64,000 bases of DNA from Alphaproteobacteria bacterium (GCA_965227515.1 CBDDFZ010000002.1:416001-480000); one strand, 5' to 3'. Shown: positions 41,358 to 53,473, counted from the stretch's first letter. The notes: generated by a model from the letters alone, not told the origin. Made by a program: numbers and translations.

Positions 41358-41849
41358 ATGGCCTGGGACAGAATGGCGGAGTCGGCCAACTACGTCGGCG
41401 GACAGAACGGCCGCTGCCACCACATGGCGGCAATGTGGGCCAGCCGGGTCCGCCGCGGATGGGGCGTCCAACAGTCGGTTCCGGCGTTCGCGAACGCCTT
41501 TCCCCTGGCCGCCGAAGGCGTGGCCGGCATGGATGCCGCGACCGTCTATATCGAATACTGCCACAGCAACCACGCGCCCGCCGACGCGGCGGACCTGAAC
41601 CACTTCATCAACAACGCCGTTGGCACCCATGTGGCGACATTGGGGTTTGGACATGTGGTCCATACAATCGCATTCACCCGGCGCGGTGGCATCAGCTATG
41701 TCTACGATCCCGATACCGGGGTATGGGGCGGCGACGGCACCCTTGCCGAACTGGCGGACCTGTCGGCCGAGTTCAGCCAGACACTGTCGGCGCTGATTGG
41801 TGCGGGCGTGGTGGCCGGGGGGCATTACCGCGTCCATCAACTAACATAG
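41358..41849 (+). CDS. Putative YopT/AvrPphB-like (C58) papain-fold cysteine protease
   Basis: GGGGGG RBS; NGRCHHMAAMW (C20), HTIAF (H102), YDPDTG (D117). Confidence 0.6.
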   Translation: MAWDRMAESANYVGGQNGRCHHMAAMWASRVRRGWGVQQSVPAFANAFPLAAEGVAGMDAATVYIEYCHSNHAPADAADLNHFINNAVGTHVATLGFGHVVHTIAFTRRGGISYVYDPDTGVWGGDGTLAELADLSAEFSQTLSALIGAGVVAGGHYRVHQLT

Positions 41850-41861
41850 CGGCTGGCTGGC

Positions 41862-42398
41862 ATGACGCTGCCGGCCTTCCAGACCGCGCGGCTGCTGGTC
41901 CGGCCGCGCACGATGGACGACTTCGACGCCTGCATCGCCATGGACCGCGACCCGGCGGTGACCCGTTTCATCCCCGGCCCATGGCAGGACCCGGCGCGGC
42001 ATGAGGCGTTCGTGCGCCAGCGCATGGCGGCGACCTACCCGCCCGGCCTCGGCTACTGGTCGCTGTTCGCCAAGGACGCGCCTGACGCGTTCCTCGGCTG
42101 GGTGATCCTGATCCCGTATGACGGCGAGGGGCCCGAGATCGAGATCGGCTGGCGGCTGGCGCGCCGCGCCTGGGGCAAGGGCTATGCCGCCGAAGCTGCC
42201 CGCGCGGTCGCGGACCACGGGTTTCGTACGGTCGGCCTGGAGCGCATCGTTGCCGACATCGACCCGGAGAACGCGGCGTCGATCCGGGTGGCGGAGAAGA
42301 TCGGCATGACGTTCGCCGGTGAGGGCACTTACGACGGCGCAGCGTGCCGCAGCTACGTGCTGACGCGGGCCGACTGGGCGGTGAGTACGGCCGGTTAG
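41862..42398 (+). CDS. GNAT N-acetyltransferase (RimJ/RimL-type)
   Basis: TARL, EIGW...WGKGYA.E, N.AS.RVAEKIGM. Confidence 0.9.
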   Translation: MTLPAFQTARLLVRPRTMDDFDACIAMDRDPAVTRFIPGPWQDPARHEAFVRQRMAATYPPGLGYWSLFAKDAPDAFLGWVILIPYDGEGPEIEIGWRLARRAWGKGYAAEAARAVADHGFRTVGLERIVADIDPENAASIRVAEKIGMTFAGEGTYDGAACRSYVLTRADWAVSTAG

Positions 42399-43765
42399 TG
42401 CAGGGCGTCGATCGACGTCCTGACCGCGCGGCCGATCAACTCGGCGGCGCGTTCAAGCTGGCCCTCGGTGGAGACCAGGGGCGGCGCCATCTCGATGGAC
42501 GTGCCGGTGGAACACACGGCGACTCCCAGATCGGCGGCCTGCTTGACCACGTCGGCGGGCAGGCTGACGGGCGGCGGCGCCTTGGTTGCCGGGTCGCCGG
42601 TGAAGTCGACCGCCAGCCACATGCCGATGCCGCGCACGTCGCCCACCATCTCCACGTCGTCGAGGGCCGCGTGCAGGGCTTTCAGGAAGAACGCGCCCTT
42701 GGCCGCCCCAGCCTCGACAAGGCCCTCCCGCGCGACGATGGCGATGGCGGCGTTGGCGGCTGCCGCGGCCGCGGCGTGGCCGGAAAACGTGTGCACGTGG
42801 CGGAACATCGGCAATTCGTCGGCGATCTCCGGCCGGGTCATCACGCCGCCCATCGGCATGTAGCCGGCGGTCAGCGCCTTGGCGATCGTCATGATGTCGG
42901 GCTCGATGGGGCCGGTCGGTTTGTCCTGGAAATGCTCCATGGCGAACCACTTGCCCGTGCGCCCGAAGCCGGTGATCACCTCGTCGCAGATGAACATGAC
43001 ATCGTGGCGGGTGCAGATGTCGCGGCAGCGTGCCAGGTAGCGCGCCGGCGGCACCTGCACGCCATTCGCCTGCATCACCGGCTCGGCCAGGAAGGCGGAG
43101 ACGAGTTCCGGCCCCTCGTGCTCGATCTGGCGTTCCAGATAGTCGGCGCAGAAATCGGCATAGGCGTCCACGTCCATGCCGAACGGGTTGCGGTAGCGCA
43201 TCGGCCCCGGGATCAGCGAGTAGCCGGGCACGCCGGGCTCCGACGCGTGGCGGGTGCCGAGCCAGTCGGTGGCCGCGATCGCGCCCATGGTGGCGCCGTG
43301 ATAGGCGTTCCAGCGCGAGATCACCTTGTAGGCGCGTGGCTTGTCGCCTTTGGCCTGGTGGTACTGGCGGGCGAGCTTGAGGGCGGACTCCACTGCCTCC
43401 GACCCGCCGCTGACGAACATGGCGCGCGACAGCCGACCCGGCGCCAGCGAGGCCAGGGTGGCCGCCAGCCGGATCGTGGCCGGCGCGAAATTGGCACCGG
43501 TGCCGATGTAGTGGAGTTCGGCGAGCTGGTCGTGTACCGCCTGCGCGATCTCGCCATTGCCGTAGCCCAGCGTGTTGGCGCGGGTATGGCTGGACATCAT
43601 GTCGAGGACGCGCCGGCCGCCTTCCTCGATCAGTTCCGCCCCATCGCCGCCGACATAGATGGTGGGCCCATCACGCCGCACCGCCGCGTTGTCGGACAGC
43701 GGGAACATGCAGTGGTCCATCGCGAGCCGCATCAGCTCGCTTTCGTTACGGCCTTCGAATGACAT
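42395..43765 (-). CDS. Class III aminotransferase
   Basis: SGGSEAVE, AYHGAT, EPV, DEVITGFGRTG, AKALTAGY (PLP Lys), HTFSGH. Confidence 0.92.
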   Translation of the reverse strand: MSFEGRNESELMRLAMDHCMFPLSDNAAVRRDGPTIYVGGDGAELIEEGGRRVLDMMSSHTRANTLGYGNGEIAQAVHDQLAELHYIGTGANFAPATIRLAATLASLAPGRLSRAMFVSGGSEAVESALKLARQYHQAKGDKPRAYKVISRWNAYHGATMGAIAATDWLGTRHASEPGVPGYSLIPGPMRYRNPFGMDVDAYADFCADYLERQIEHEGPELVSAFLAEPVMQANGVQVPPARYLARCRDICTRHDVMFICDEVITGFGRTGKWFAMEHFQDKPTGPIEPDIMTIAKALTAGYMPMGGVMTRPEIADELPMFRHVHTFSGHAAAAAAANAAIAIVAREGLVEAGAAKGAFFLKALHAALDDVEMVGDVRGIGMWLAVDFTGDPATKAPPPVSLPADVVKQAADLGVAVCSTGTSIEMAPPLVSTEGQLERAAELIGRAVRTSIDALH

Positions 43766-43919
43766 GACGGTCCCCCGGGATGGTGCTCGGGGGATGATGC
43801 GCCGATCGGGCAGGGGCGTCCAGTTCGGCGGTCAACGAATCCCGGTGCCTTGGCTTAGGCCGCCTGGCTCAATCCGCCATGCGGTCAAGCCATGCTCATT
43901 CGGGGCGCCACCGGTGGGG

Positions 43920-44054
43920 TCAGGAGACGAACCCCATCAGCAGCAGCGTCGCCAGGATGACCATGACGGACAGGGCGGCCGCCCAGGTCTCGTCGGCGGG
44001 CCGGTAGCCTTCGGTCGCGGCCATGGACTGCGAGGTCGTTGCGGGTGTGGTCAT
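43920..44054 (-). CDS. Small single-TM protein (44 aa)
   Basis: Below ORF-track cutoff: MTTPATTSQSMAATEGYRPADETWAAALSVMVILATLLLMGFVS; GGAGGA RBS; GC-rich third positions. Confidence 0.6.
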   Translation of the reverse strand: MTTPATTSQSMAATEGYRPADETWAAALSVMVILATLLLMGFVS

Positions 44055-44326
44055 AGGGGCATCCTCCGTGGTACGGGCGGCACCTGTTTCGGAGGGGCCG
44101 CGTCGTTGCGTCCGCCCAAATATCGGTGCCGGTGCCCGGCTGCACTATGGGGTCTATCCCCCAATTGGGGCGGTTGTGCGGTGGAGAGATGGTGATTTGA
44201 GATTGCGTAGACTTCGCCGCAAGCCGACCTCAATCAAGTTGCGTGGTCTCTTGGGCATCGCACGCCGCGTGCTGTAGCATCGCGCGCCGGCTCGGCAGTT
44301 CAGAACAAGACGAAGGGGGAGTTTCG

Positions 44327-45301
44327 ATGAAAGCGATCCGCGCACACACATTCGGCGGGCCCGAGGTCTTGCAGCTCGACGACGTCGACGATCCGCAGCC
44401 GGGTCCCGGCGAGGTGCTGGTCGACGTGCGCGCCGCCGGGGTCAACCCGGCCGACACCTACATGCGCAGTGGCACCTACGCCATCAAGCCGGACCTGCCG
44501 TACATTCCCGGCGGCGACGCGGCCGGCACGGTGGCGGCGGTGGGCTCGGCGGTCGACGGTTGCGCGCCCGGCGACCGGGTGTTCGTCGGCACTGCCCTCA
44601 GCCTGAAGCTGACCGATTGCTACGCGGCGAAGGTGGTGCGCCCGGCGGCCGAGGTGATGGCGCTGCCGGACAACGTCAGCTTTGCGCAGGCGACGGCGTT
44701 CGGCGTCTCCTATCCGACCGCCCATTTCGCCCTGTTCGCGCGCGGACGCGCAAAGGCTGGCGAGACCGTGTTCATCCATGGCGCCAGCGGCTCGGTCGGC
44801 ACCTCGGCGATCCAGCTCGCCAAGCGGGCCGGGCTGACGGTGATCGGCAGCGCCGGTTCGGCGGCCGGGCTCGACCTGGTGCGCGCCCAGGGTGCCGACC
44901 ACGCGGTCAACCACACCGCCGACGGCTACATGGACGACGTGAAGCGGGCGAGTGGCGGCAACGGCCCCGACCTGATCCTGGAGATGCTGGCCAACGTTAA
45001 CCTGGCCGCCGACATGGAGGTGGCCGCCAAGTTCGGGCGCATCGTGGTGATCGGCAACCGGGGCGAGATCACCATCAACCCGCGCCTCGCGATGATGAAG
45101 GAGCTGGACATCCGCGGCACCGCGCTGTGGAACGCGACGCCGGATGAGATCGGGCCGATGATGGCCGACATCGTCGCCGGTGCCGCCGACGGGTCGCTGA
45201 CGCCGGTGGTGGGCCGCGAGATGCCGCTGGGCGAGGCCGCGCAGGCGCACATCGACGTTCTCGGCTCCGGCATCGGCGGCAAGATCGTGCTGGTGCCGTA
45301 G
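44327..45301 (+). CDS. NADPH:quinone oxidoreductase (MDR/zeta-crystallin family)
   Basis: MKAI..FGGPEVL, GVNPAD, PG.D.AG.V, HGASGSVG, GKIVL. Confidence 0.92.
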   Translation: MKAIRAHTFGGPEVLQLDDVDDPQPGPGEVLVDVRAAGVNPADTYMRSGTYAIKPDLPYIPGGDAAGTVAAVGSAVDGCAPGDRVFVGTALSLKLTDCYAAKVVRPAAEVMALPDNVSFAQATAFGVSYPTAHFALFARGRAKAGETVFIHGASGSVGTSAIQLAKRAGLTVIGSAGSAAGLDLVRAQGADHAVNHTADGYMDDVKRASGGNGPDLILEMLANVNLAADMEVAAKFGRIVVIGNRGEITINPRLAMMKELDIRGTALWNATPDEIGPMMADIVAGAADGSLTPVVGREMPLGEAAQAHIDVLGSGIGGKIVLVP

Positions 45302-45342
45302 CCCGCACCGACGCATATACTGCGGCGGGGAGGCGGACCGAT

Positions 45343-46740
45343 ATGGAACGGCGGCTGGCAGCCATTCTGGCGGCTGACATGGCCGGCTACAGCCGGCTGA
45401 TGGAGCATGACGAGGCCGGCGTGATCGACCGGCAGAAGGCCCACCGCCGCGAGTTGATCGACCCCGAGATCGCCAACTTCCGCGGCCGTATCGTCAAGAC
45501 CACCGGCGACGGCATGCTGGCCGAGTTCGCCAGCGCGCAGGACGCCGTGCGCTGCGCCATCGAAATCCAGAATGCGATGCCGGCGCGCGAGGACGGCATC
45601 GCCGAAGACCAGCGCATCCGTTTTCGCGTCGGCATCAATGTCGGCGACGTGGTGTTCGACGATGGCGACATTTTTGGCGACTGCGTCAACGTCGCCGCGC
45701 GGCTGGAGGGGCTGGCCGAGCCCGGCGGCGTGTGCGTGTCGAGCGCGGTCCACGCCATGGTGCAGGAGCGGGTGGACGAGCCGTTTCGCAATCTGGGCGC
45801 CCAGCGGGTGAAGAACATCGCCCGCCCGATCCAGGTGTGGCAGTGGACGCCCGAGGCGCGCGCGCACGAGACGGAGGTCGCGCCGGCCGGACGCAACCAG
45901 TCGATCCAGTTCTGCACCGCGCCGGACGGCGTGCAGATCGCCTATGCCAGTGTCGGGTCCGGCCCGCCGATGCTGAAGGCGCCGAACTGGATGAGCCACC
46001 TGGAGTACGAATGGCGCAGCCCGGTGTTCGCGCCGCTGCTGACCGGGGTGGCCGAGAACCGGCGGCTGGTGCGGTTCGACCAGCGCGGCAATGGGCTCTC
46101 CGACTGGAACCCGGAGGAGATCTCCGAGGACGCGATGGCGTCGGACATGGAGACGGTGGCCAACGCGGCGGGGCTGGACCGGTTCGACCTGTTCGCGATC
46201 TCCCAGGGCTGTGCGTTCTCCATCCGCTATGCCGTCGAGCATCCGGAAAAGGTGCGCTCGCTGGTTCTGGTCGGCGGCTATGTGCTGGGCCGGCTGCGTG
46301 GCAATTCGCCCGAGGCCAAGAAGCTGCACGAGGTCTCGAAGGCCATGATCCTGCAGGGCTGGGGCTCGCCAACCCCGGCCTTCCGGCACTTCTTCACCTC
46401 CATGTTCATGCCCGACGCATCGCCGGAACAGGCGAAGAGCTTCGACGAGATGCAGCGGATGTCGGCGAGCCCGGAGACGGCGGCCCGCATCGCCGACATG
46501 AACGCCCTGATCGACGTGCGCGACCTGGCCCGGCAGGTTGCCGTGCCGACCCTGGTGCTGCATTGCAGTGGCGACCAGCGCATCGCGGTGGAGGATGGGC
46601 GCGCGATCGCCGCCCTCATTCCCGGCGCCCGCTTCGTCACCATCGACGGCAACGACCACATCCCGCTGGCCGGCACGCCCGCGCTCGACGACATGCTGCG
46701 CGAGGTGAATGCGTTCCTGGCCGACGTGGACGCGGCCTGA
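45343..46740 (+). CDS. Class III adenylate/guanylate cyclase fused to alpha/beta hydrolase
   Basis: AILAADMAGYS, KTTGDG, RVGINVGD, GDCVNVAARLE; C-terminal FDQRGNGLS, AISQG, GDQR, NDH. Confidence 0.88.
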   Translation: MERRLAAILAADMAGYSRLMEHDEAGVIDRQKAHRRELIDPEIANFRGRIVKTTGDGMLAEFASAQDAVRCAIEIQNAMPAREDGIAEDQRIRFRVGINVGDVVFDDGDIFGDCVNVAARLEGLAEPGGVCVSSAVHAMVQERVDEPFRNLGAQRVKNIARPIQVWQWTPEARAHETEVAPAGRNQSIQFCTAPDGVQIAYASVGSGPPMLKAPNWMSHLEYEWRSPVFAPLLTGVAENRRLVRFDQRGNGLSDWNPEEISEDAMASDMETVANAAGLDRFDLFAISQGCAFSIRYAVEHPEKVRSLVLVGGYVLGRLRGNSPEAKKLHEVSKAMILQGWGSPTPAFRHFFTSMFMPDASPEQAKSFDEMQRMSASPETAARIADMNALIDVRDLARQVAVPTLVLHCSGDQRIAVEDGRAIAALIPGARFVTIDGNDHIPLAGTPALDDMLREVNAFLADVDAA

Positions 46741-46757
46741 CGCCGCCACCGCCCGCC

Positions 46758-47951
46758 GTGGAGCCGGCCGGCATCCACCTGCCCGCGTTCGTCGCCGCGC
46801 GCATTTTCACCACCGCGGTCTTCATGACCTATCCGGCCTGCCTGGCGGTGCTGGAGGAGGCGTGGGGCACGACCTCGACCGAGGCCGGGGTGGTGCAGGG
46901 CGTGTTCACCGGCGCCTTCGCGTTCTCCATGCTGGCGACCTCGATCCTGGCCGACCGGATCGGCGCGGTGCGCATCTACAACGTGGCGACCGTCGCCTGC
47001 GCGCTGACGGCGGTGGCGTTCGCCGTGTTCGCCCGCTCCTATGGCACCGCACTGGTCACCGTGGCGCTGGTGGCGATCGCACAGGGCGCCACCTACACGC
47101 CCTCGCTCTTGATCCCGGCCGCCAACGCCCGCGCCGCCCGCAAGGCGACGGCGGTGGGCTGGGTGCTGGCCGGCATGTCGGGCGGCTACGTCGTCTCCAT
47201 CCTGGTGGCGACGGCGATGCTGAACTGGTTCGACTATCGCTGGGCATTCGCGGCGACGGCGGCGCTGACCTTGCCTGCGATCCCGCTCGGCCTGGTCGCC
47301 ACCCGGCGCGCGGTCGACGCGGCACGCACGCCGGCCACCGACAGGGCGCCGTTCGGCCCGGCGGCGCGGCGCAACGCCCGGCTGCTGACGGTCGGCTATA
47401 TCGGCCATTGCTGGGAGCTGTTCGGTGCCTGGGCCTGGGTGCCGGCGTTCCTGATGACGGCGAGCCTGGCGGCCGGCACGCCATCTGAAGGCAGCATCTC
47501 GTACCTGGAGATCGGGCTGTGGACCGCGCTGGCGCTGCACTTCTCCGGCTTCATCGCGTGCTTCACCGCCGGTTACGCCGCCGACCGGCTGGGCGCGAAA
47601 GCGGTGCTGGTGGCGTTCGCCGCCATCGCGGGCGTGTGCTCGTTCGCATTGGGCTGGCTGGTCGACGCGGGCCTCGTCGCCCTGTTCGCGCTGGTCGCGG
47701 TCTACGGCTTCGCCACCATCGGGGACAGCGCCGTGCTGTCGTCGGCGATGACCGACACCGTGCCCGCCGGACACCTCGGCAAGGTGCTGGGGCTGAGGTC
47801 GGTGCTCGGCATCGGCGCCGGCGCGCTCGCCCCGGTCGGCTTCGGCGCGGTGCTCGACGCCGCCCCCGCCGCCACCGAGTGGGGCTGGGGCTTCGCCCTG
47901 CTCGGCCTGGGCGCACTGGTCGCCGTGGTCTGCGCGGCCAGATTGCGGTGA
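46758..47951 (+). CDS. MFS transporter
   Basis: About 12 TM segments, LADRIG and ADRLG loop motifs, HCWEL; start trimmed to GTG after upstream stop. Confidence 0.85.
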   Translation: MEPAGIHLPAFVAARIFTTAVFMTYPACLAVLEEAWGTTSTEAGVVQGVFTGAFAFSMLATSILADRIGAVRIYNVATVACALTAVAFAVFARSYGTALVTVALVAIAQGATYTPSLLIPAANARAARKATAVGWVLAGMSGGYVVSILVATAMLNWFDYRWAFAATAALTLPAIPLGLVATRRAVDAARTPATDRAPFGPAARRNARLLTVGYIGHCWELFGAWAWVPAFLMTASLAAGTPSEGSISYLEIGLWTALALHFSGFIACFTAGYAADRLGAKAVLVAFAAIAGVCSFALGWLVDAGLVALFALVAVYGFATIGDSAVLSSAMTDTVPAGHLGKVLGLRSVLGIGAGALAPVGFGAVLDAAPAATEWGWGFALLGLGALVAVVCAARLR

Positions 47952-47984
47952 GGGGTTGGTGTGCGGCGGGCCTCGGTCGGGGCT

Positions 47985-48037
47985 GTCGCCGGGGCGGAGC
48001 GCAGCGCAACCCGGGTTCCGTGGCGTTCCATCCGGGC
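47985..48037. repeat. Degenerate GTAG-type REP
   Basis: GGAGCGCAGCGCAACCCGGGTTCCG core shared with 23850..23905. Confidence 0.6.
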
Positions 48038-48081
48038 CGGGCTTGCTGACCCGACCCTCCCCAAGTTGCCGGAGAGGCCTT

Positions 48082-48125
48082 ATGATGGCGACGCTGTCGC
48101 GTGATGATGGCGACGCTGTCGCGTG
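48082..48125. repeat. 22-bp perfect tandem duplication
   Basis: ATGATGGCGACGCTGTCGCGTG x2. Confidence 0.85.
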
Positions 48126-48185
48126 CCGCCGGGCGCGGGCAACGAACCCCGAGATCAGGGGAGAAACAGGGATGGAAGGGTGCCT

Positions 48186-48476
48186 ATGATTCGTCACACA
48201 GTCGTATTCACGCTGAAGCACGCGCCGGGCTCGGAGGCGGAACGGGTCTTCATGGACAAAGCCATGGAGCTCACCGAGATCCCCACCGTGCAGAAGTTCG
48301 AGCAACTGCGCCAGGTCAGCCCGAAGTGCGAATACACCTACGGATTCTCCATGGAATTCGACGACCAGGCAGCCTTCGACCTCTACATGAACCACCCGAT
48401 CCACGTGCGCTTCGTGGAGGACGTGTGGCTGAAGGAAGTGCCGGAATTCCAGGAAATCGACTACGAGTTGATGTGA
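48186..48476 (+). CDS. Dabb (stress-responsive A/B barrel) family protein
   Basis: MIRHTVVF, IPTV, F.D...Y..HP.H..FV, IDY. Confidence 0.85.
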   Translation: MIRHTVVFTLKHAPGSEAERVFMDKAMELTEIPTVQKFEQLRQVSPKCEYTYGFSMEFDDQAAFDLYMNHPIHVRFVEDVWLKEVPEFQEIDYELM

Positions 48477-48908
48477 GGGTTTGCGCCGGACTCCGCGCCG
48501 TTGAGTCGTGGGCCGGAGAGACCACACACTACCCTGCAAGGCGTGAGCGGCGCTGATTGGTACTTGGCTGACAACCGAAGGCAAAGTGCTCAACTGCCCG
48601 CAATATGCATTCTACATGGTCATTGCCACCGTCGTCACAGAGGCCAACCTCTGTTCCGTCGTCACCGCCTAAGAGCGCGACCTCACGGGGATTTAATGCA
48701 CCACTGCCATGGGTTGAACTGCGACAGAATGGATGCTGTTACAGTAGCCCTCGCAATACGGTATTAGTCGGAGCCGGCGTGAGCACGCCCCGACCTGCAG
48801 CTTGGGTGAGGTAGAGGCGAGACTCAGGCTCAGACCAGTTTTGCCCAATTGCACAGAGTGGTATGCTACGACAGCAAGCAACCTAAGTGCTGTTGGTTTC
48901 GCAAAAAT

Positions 48909-49310
48909 GTGATTCGTGAATTGTCAATCTGGGCCTTTTTTTGCTATGATGATGGTCGCAACGACGACCTTTGGCAGCAGTGGTGGAATGCGGCCAGTGT
49001 TACCGACCGTGATCGAGGCGCTCATGACGAAACTTTCGATGTGCTTGAGAGTAGGCCTCTTTGGTCAAATCCACCCGTTAAGAACTTACGGGACGGCTTG
49101 CTTGAAATCAAATTCAAGGGGCGCGTGCAATGGCGGTTTTTGGGATTTTTCCATCCGAAAAGACCTCGGAATGCGTTTACCATTGTTATGACTTGTTACC
49201 ATAAGGAGAATCGATACTATCCAAATGACGCAATTAAAGTAGCGCGTAAAAGGGTTCTCGGTATCGAGAGGAATCCTTTGCTGGTGAGGGCAAGTGTTAG
49301 ACCAACTTAG
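48909..49310 (+). CDS. RelE/HigB (Gp49-like) type II toxin
   Basis: VKNLRDGLLEIKFK..VQWRFLGFF...FTIVM..YHK...AIKVARKR pattern; start uncertain (GTG 48909, ORF open from 48849). Confidence 0.72.
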   Translation: MIRELSIWAFFCYDDGRNDDLWQQWWNAASVTDRDRGAHDETFDVLESRPLWSNPPVKNLRDGLLEIKFKGRVQWRFLGFFHPKRPRNAFTIVMTCYHKENRYYPNDAIKVARKRVLGIERNPLLVRASVRPT

Positions 49311-49950
49311 GTTTTCCAAATTGGATAATAGCCAAGAATACCGATCATCATACGTGGGGTCGCGTGTTCGGTTGGCAATTGCTGCTCAGATACGCGCTTT
49401 GCGGGAACAGTATTCATCTTCGCAAGCCGAATTTGCAAAATTAGTTGATATGAAACAAAGTGTAATTTCTCGCCTCGAGAATCCTGACTATGGTCAAATG
49501 TCGATTCAGACACTCTTGCGCTTGGCTAGCAAGCTTGACATTGCGTTGGTTGTCAAGTTTGCATCATATGAGAAATTCTTTTCTGAGTTGGATATAGATT
49601 TTTTTGAGCCTAGAAATTTGCAGGTAGACAATTTTGCCGCATCGAGAACCGCGCTGAGTGGAAGCAGAACGGTGTTTTCTTTCTCTCATCTCAGAAAGCG
49701 CGAAGCGCAAAGTCGTTGGTCACAAATTCTAGACAGTAACGGGGATCTCGGCCGGATTCGAAATCGGAACTCCAATTACGTATCGAGGCAAATTCGGGTT
49801 CAAAACAGAGGCGACATGATTGATACTATGAGTGTAGGGCGCGGTGCCTTTTTCATTCCTAGACAACAAAGTCAGATACAACATCTCCCTGCTTTATGGC
49901 AGGCGGATGAATTTGGAATTCAAAATAGATCTGTATTGAAGATATTGTAA
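49294..49950 (+). CDS. XRE-family HTH antitoxin with long C-terminal extension
   Basis: QIRALREQ...SQAEFAKLVDMKQSVISRLEN...SIQTLLRLA..LD..L.VKF; start overlaps toxin end. Confidence 0.8.
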   Translation: MLDQLRFSKLDNSQEYRSSYVGSRVRLAIAAQIRALREQYSSSQAEFAKLVDMKQSVISRLENPDYGQMSIQTLLRLASKLDIALVVKFASYEKFFSELDIDFFEPRNLQVDNFAASRTALSGSRTVFSFSHLRKREAQSRWSQILDSNGDLGRIRNRNSNYVSRQIRVQNRGDMIDTMSVGRGAFFIPRQQSQIQHLPALWQADEFGIQNRSVLKIL

Positions 49951-50624
49951 TGAAAGTCATTAGCTACGAGCTAGGCAGGATAATTGTCTTGTTTCCCTTT
50001 GAAGAAATTCGTCCCAATGGAGGTTTGTATGCTCCTCTAGCATTTGAGGCATTTAGAGATCGATATGGCTTTGTTGGGCTTCCGAAGCTCGGACGGACGC
50101 GGGAAGAAGTGGACCGAGAGGGAGTGCGATTCCAGCAGGGGCACATAAATCTTGACGGAAGAGAAATTAGTATTTCTGAGCTGGCCATTTTTGTCGATGG
50201 AGTGGTGATTGATTGCACACAAACAGCTAACTCATTAGTGGTTTGGGATGAGTTGATCTCTTGGGTTGTTGAGGAGTTAGGATTCAAGCCTCCATTCAGT
50301 GATCTCAAGATACACTATAAAAGCACTATAATTGTTCAGTTTGAAAAAAGAATGAATAAAATGATCAATAAGTTTTCATCCTTGTCTAAAATGTACGCAG
50401 ATTTCCTGCAGAAATATTCCCCTCACGAGCGGCAGGAAATTGACATGGTGAGTGTTTCTTTAGGCAGTGATGTTGGGCGTTCAACAGATATCATTAAGCC
50501 ATCTCCCCTCAATATTGAGAGGAGGGCGGGTATCGGATTTGATAAAGAAAGATACTTTTGCGAGGCTTCACTTCCGTCTGAACAGTTGGAAGAGTTGTTA
50601 GTCACAATCGAGAACATGCTTTAG
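49950..50624 (+). CDS. Hypothetical protein, third gene of TA-like operon
   Basis: 224-aa ORF in AT-rich DNA; TAATG overlap with antitoxin stop; globular-looking, acidic, no TM or signal. Confidence 0.75.
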   Translation: MKVISYELGRIIVLFPFEEIRPNGGLYAPLAFEAFRDRYGFVGLPKLGRTREEVDREGVRFQQGHINLDGREISISELAIFVDGVVIDCTQTANSLVVWDELISWVVEELGFKPPFSDLKIHYKSTIIVQFEKRMNKMINKFSSLSKMYADFLQKYSPHERQEIDMVSVSLGSDVGRSTDIIKPSPLNIERRAGIGFDKERYFCEASLPSEQLEELLVTIENML

Positions 50625-50734
50625 TGGCCAACGGAAAGTGACAGTTTGCCAAGCAATCATAGTGGTGGCTACGCACTCCCTTAATACTATGTTATCATTT
50701 TGTCAGGACACAACAAGCGGCGGAGAGGCCACCC

Positions 50735-53332
<2,598 letters not shown>

Positions 53333-53390
53333 CAAAATACCTCTGTCAGCCGGTCGCCCCTCTGCTTTGCACGCGGGGCGACCCGAAGTC

Positions 53391-53470
53391 GGCGCCGGCC
53401 CTCTCCCCCACCCGGCCACCCACACAGGATACTACCGTTGGGCGGCCGGGTGGGGGAGAGGGCTGGTGCC
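53391..53470. repeat. Palindromic element (same family as the livG insert) in clpB leader
   Basis: GCCCTCTCCCCCACCCGGCCACCCA ... TGGGCGGCCGGGTGGGGGAGAGGGC. Confidence 0.8.
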
Positions 53471-53473
53471 GCG

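Larger units (their letters stand above)
48540..50715. mobile_element. AT-rich horizontally acquired islet (no mobility gene seen)
   Basis: Abrupt GC drop relative to flanks, between the Dabb gene and the clpB 3' end; boundaries approximate. Confidence 0.7.

Noticed and set aside
48501-48881. Short ORFs at the left edge of the AT-rich islet
   Set aside because: No RBS or motif, mutually overlapping; more likely promoter or decayed sequence.
48540-50715. Prophage or IS element
   Set aside because: No integrase, transposase, structural genes or terminal repeats recognised.
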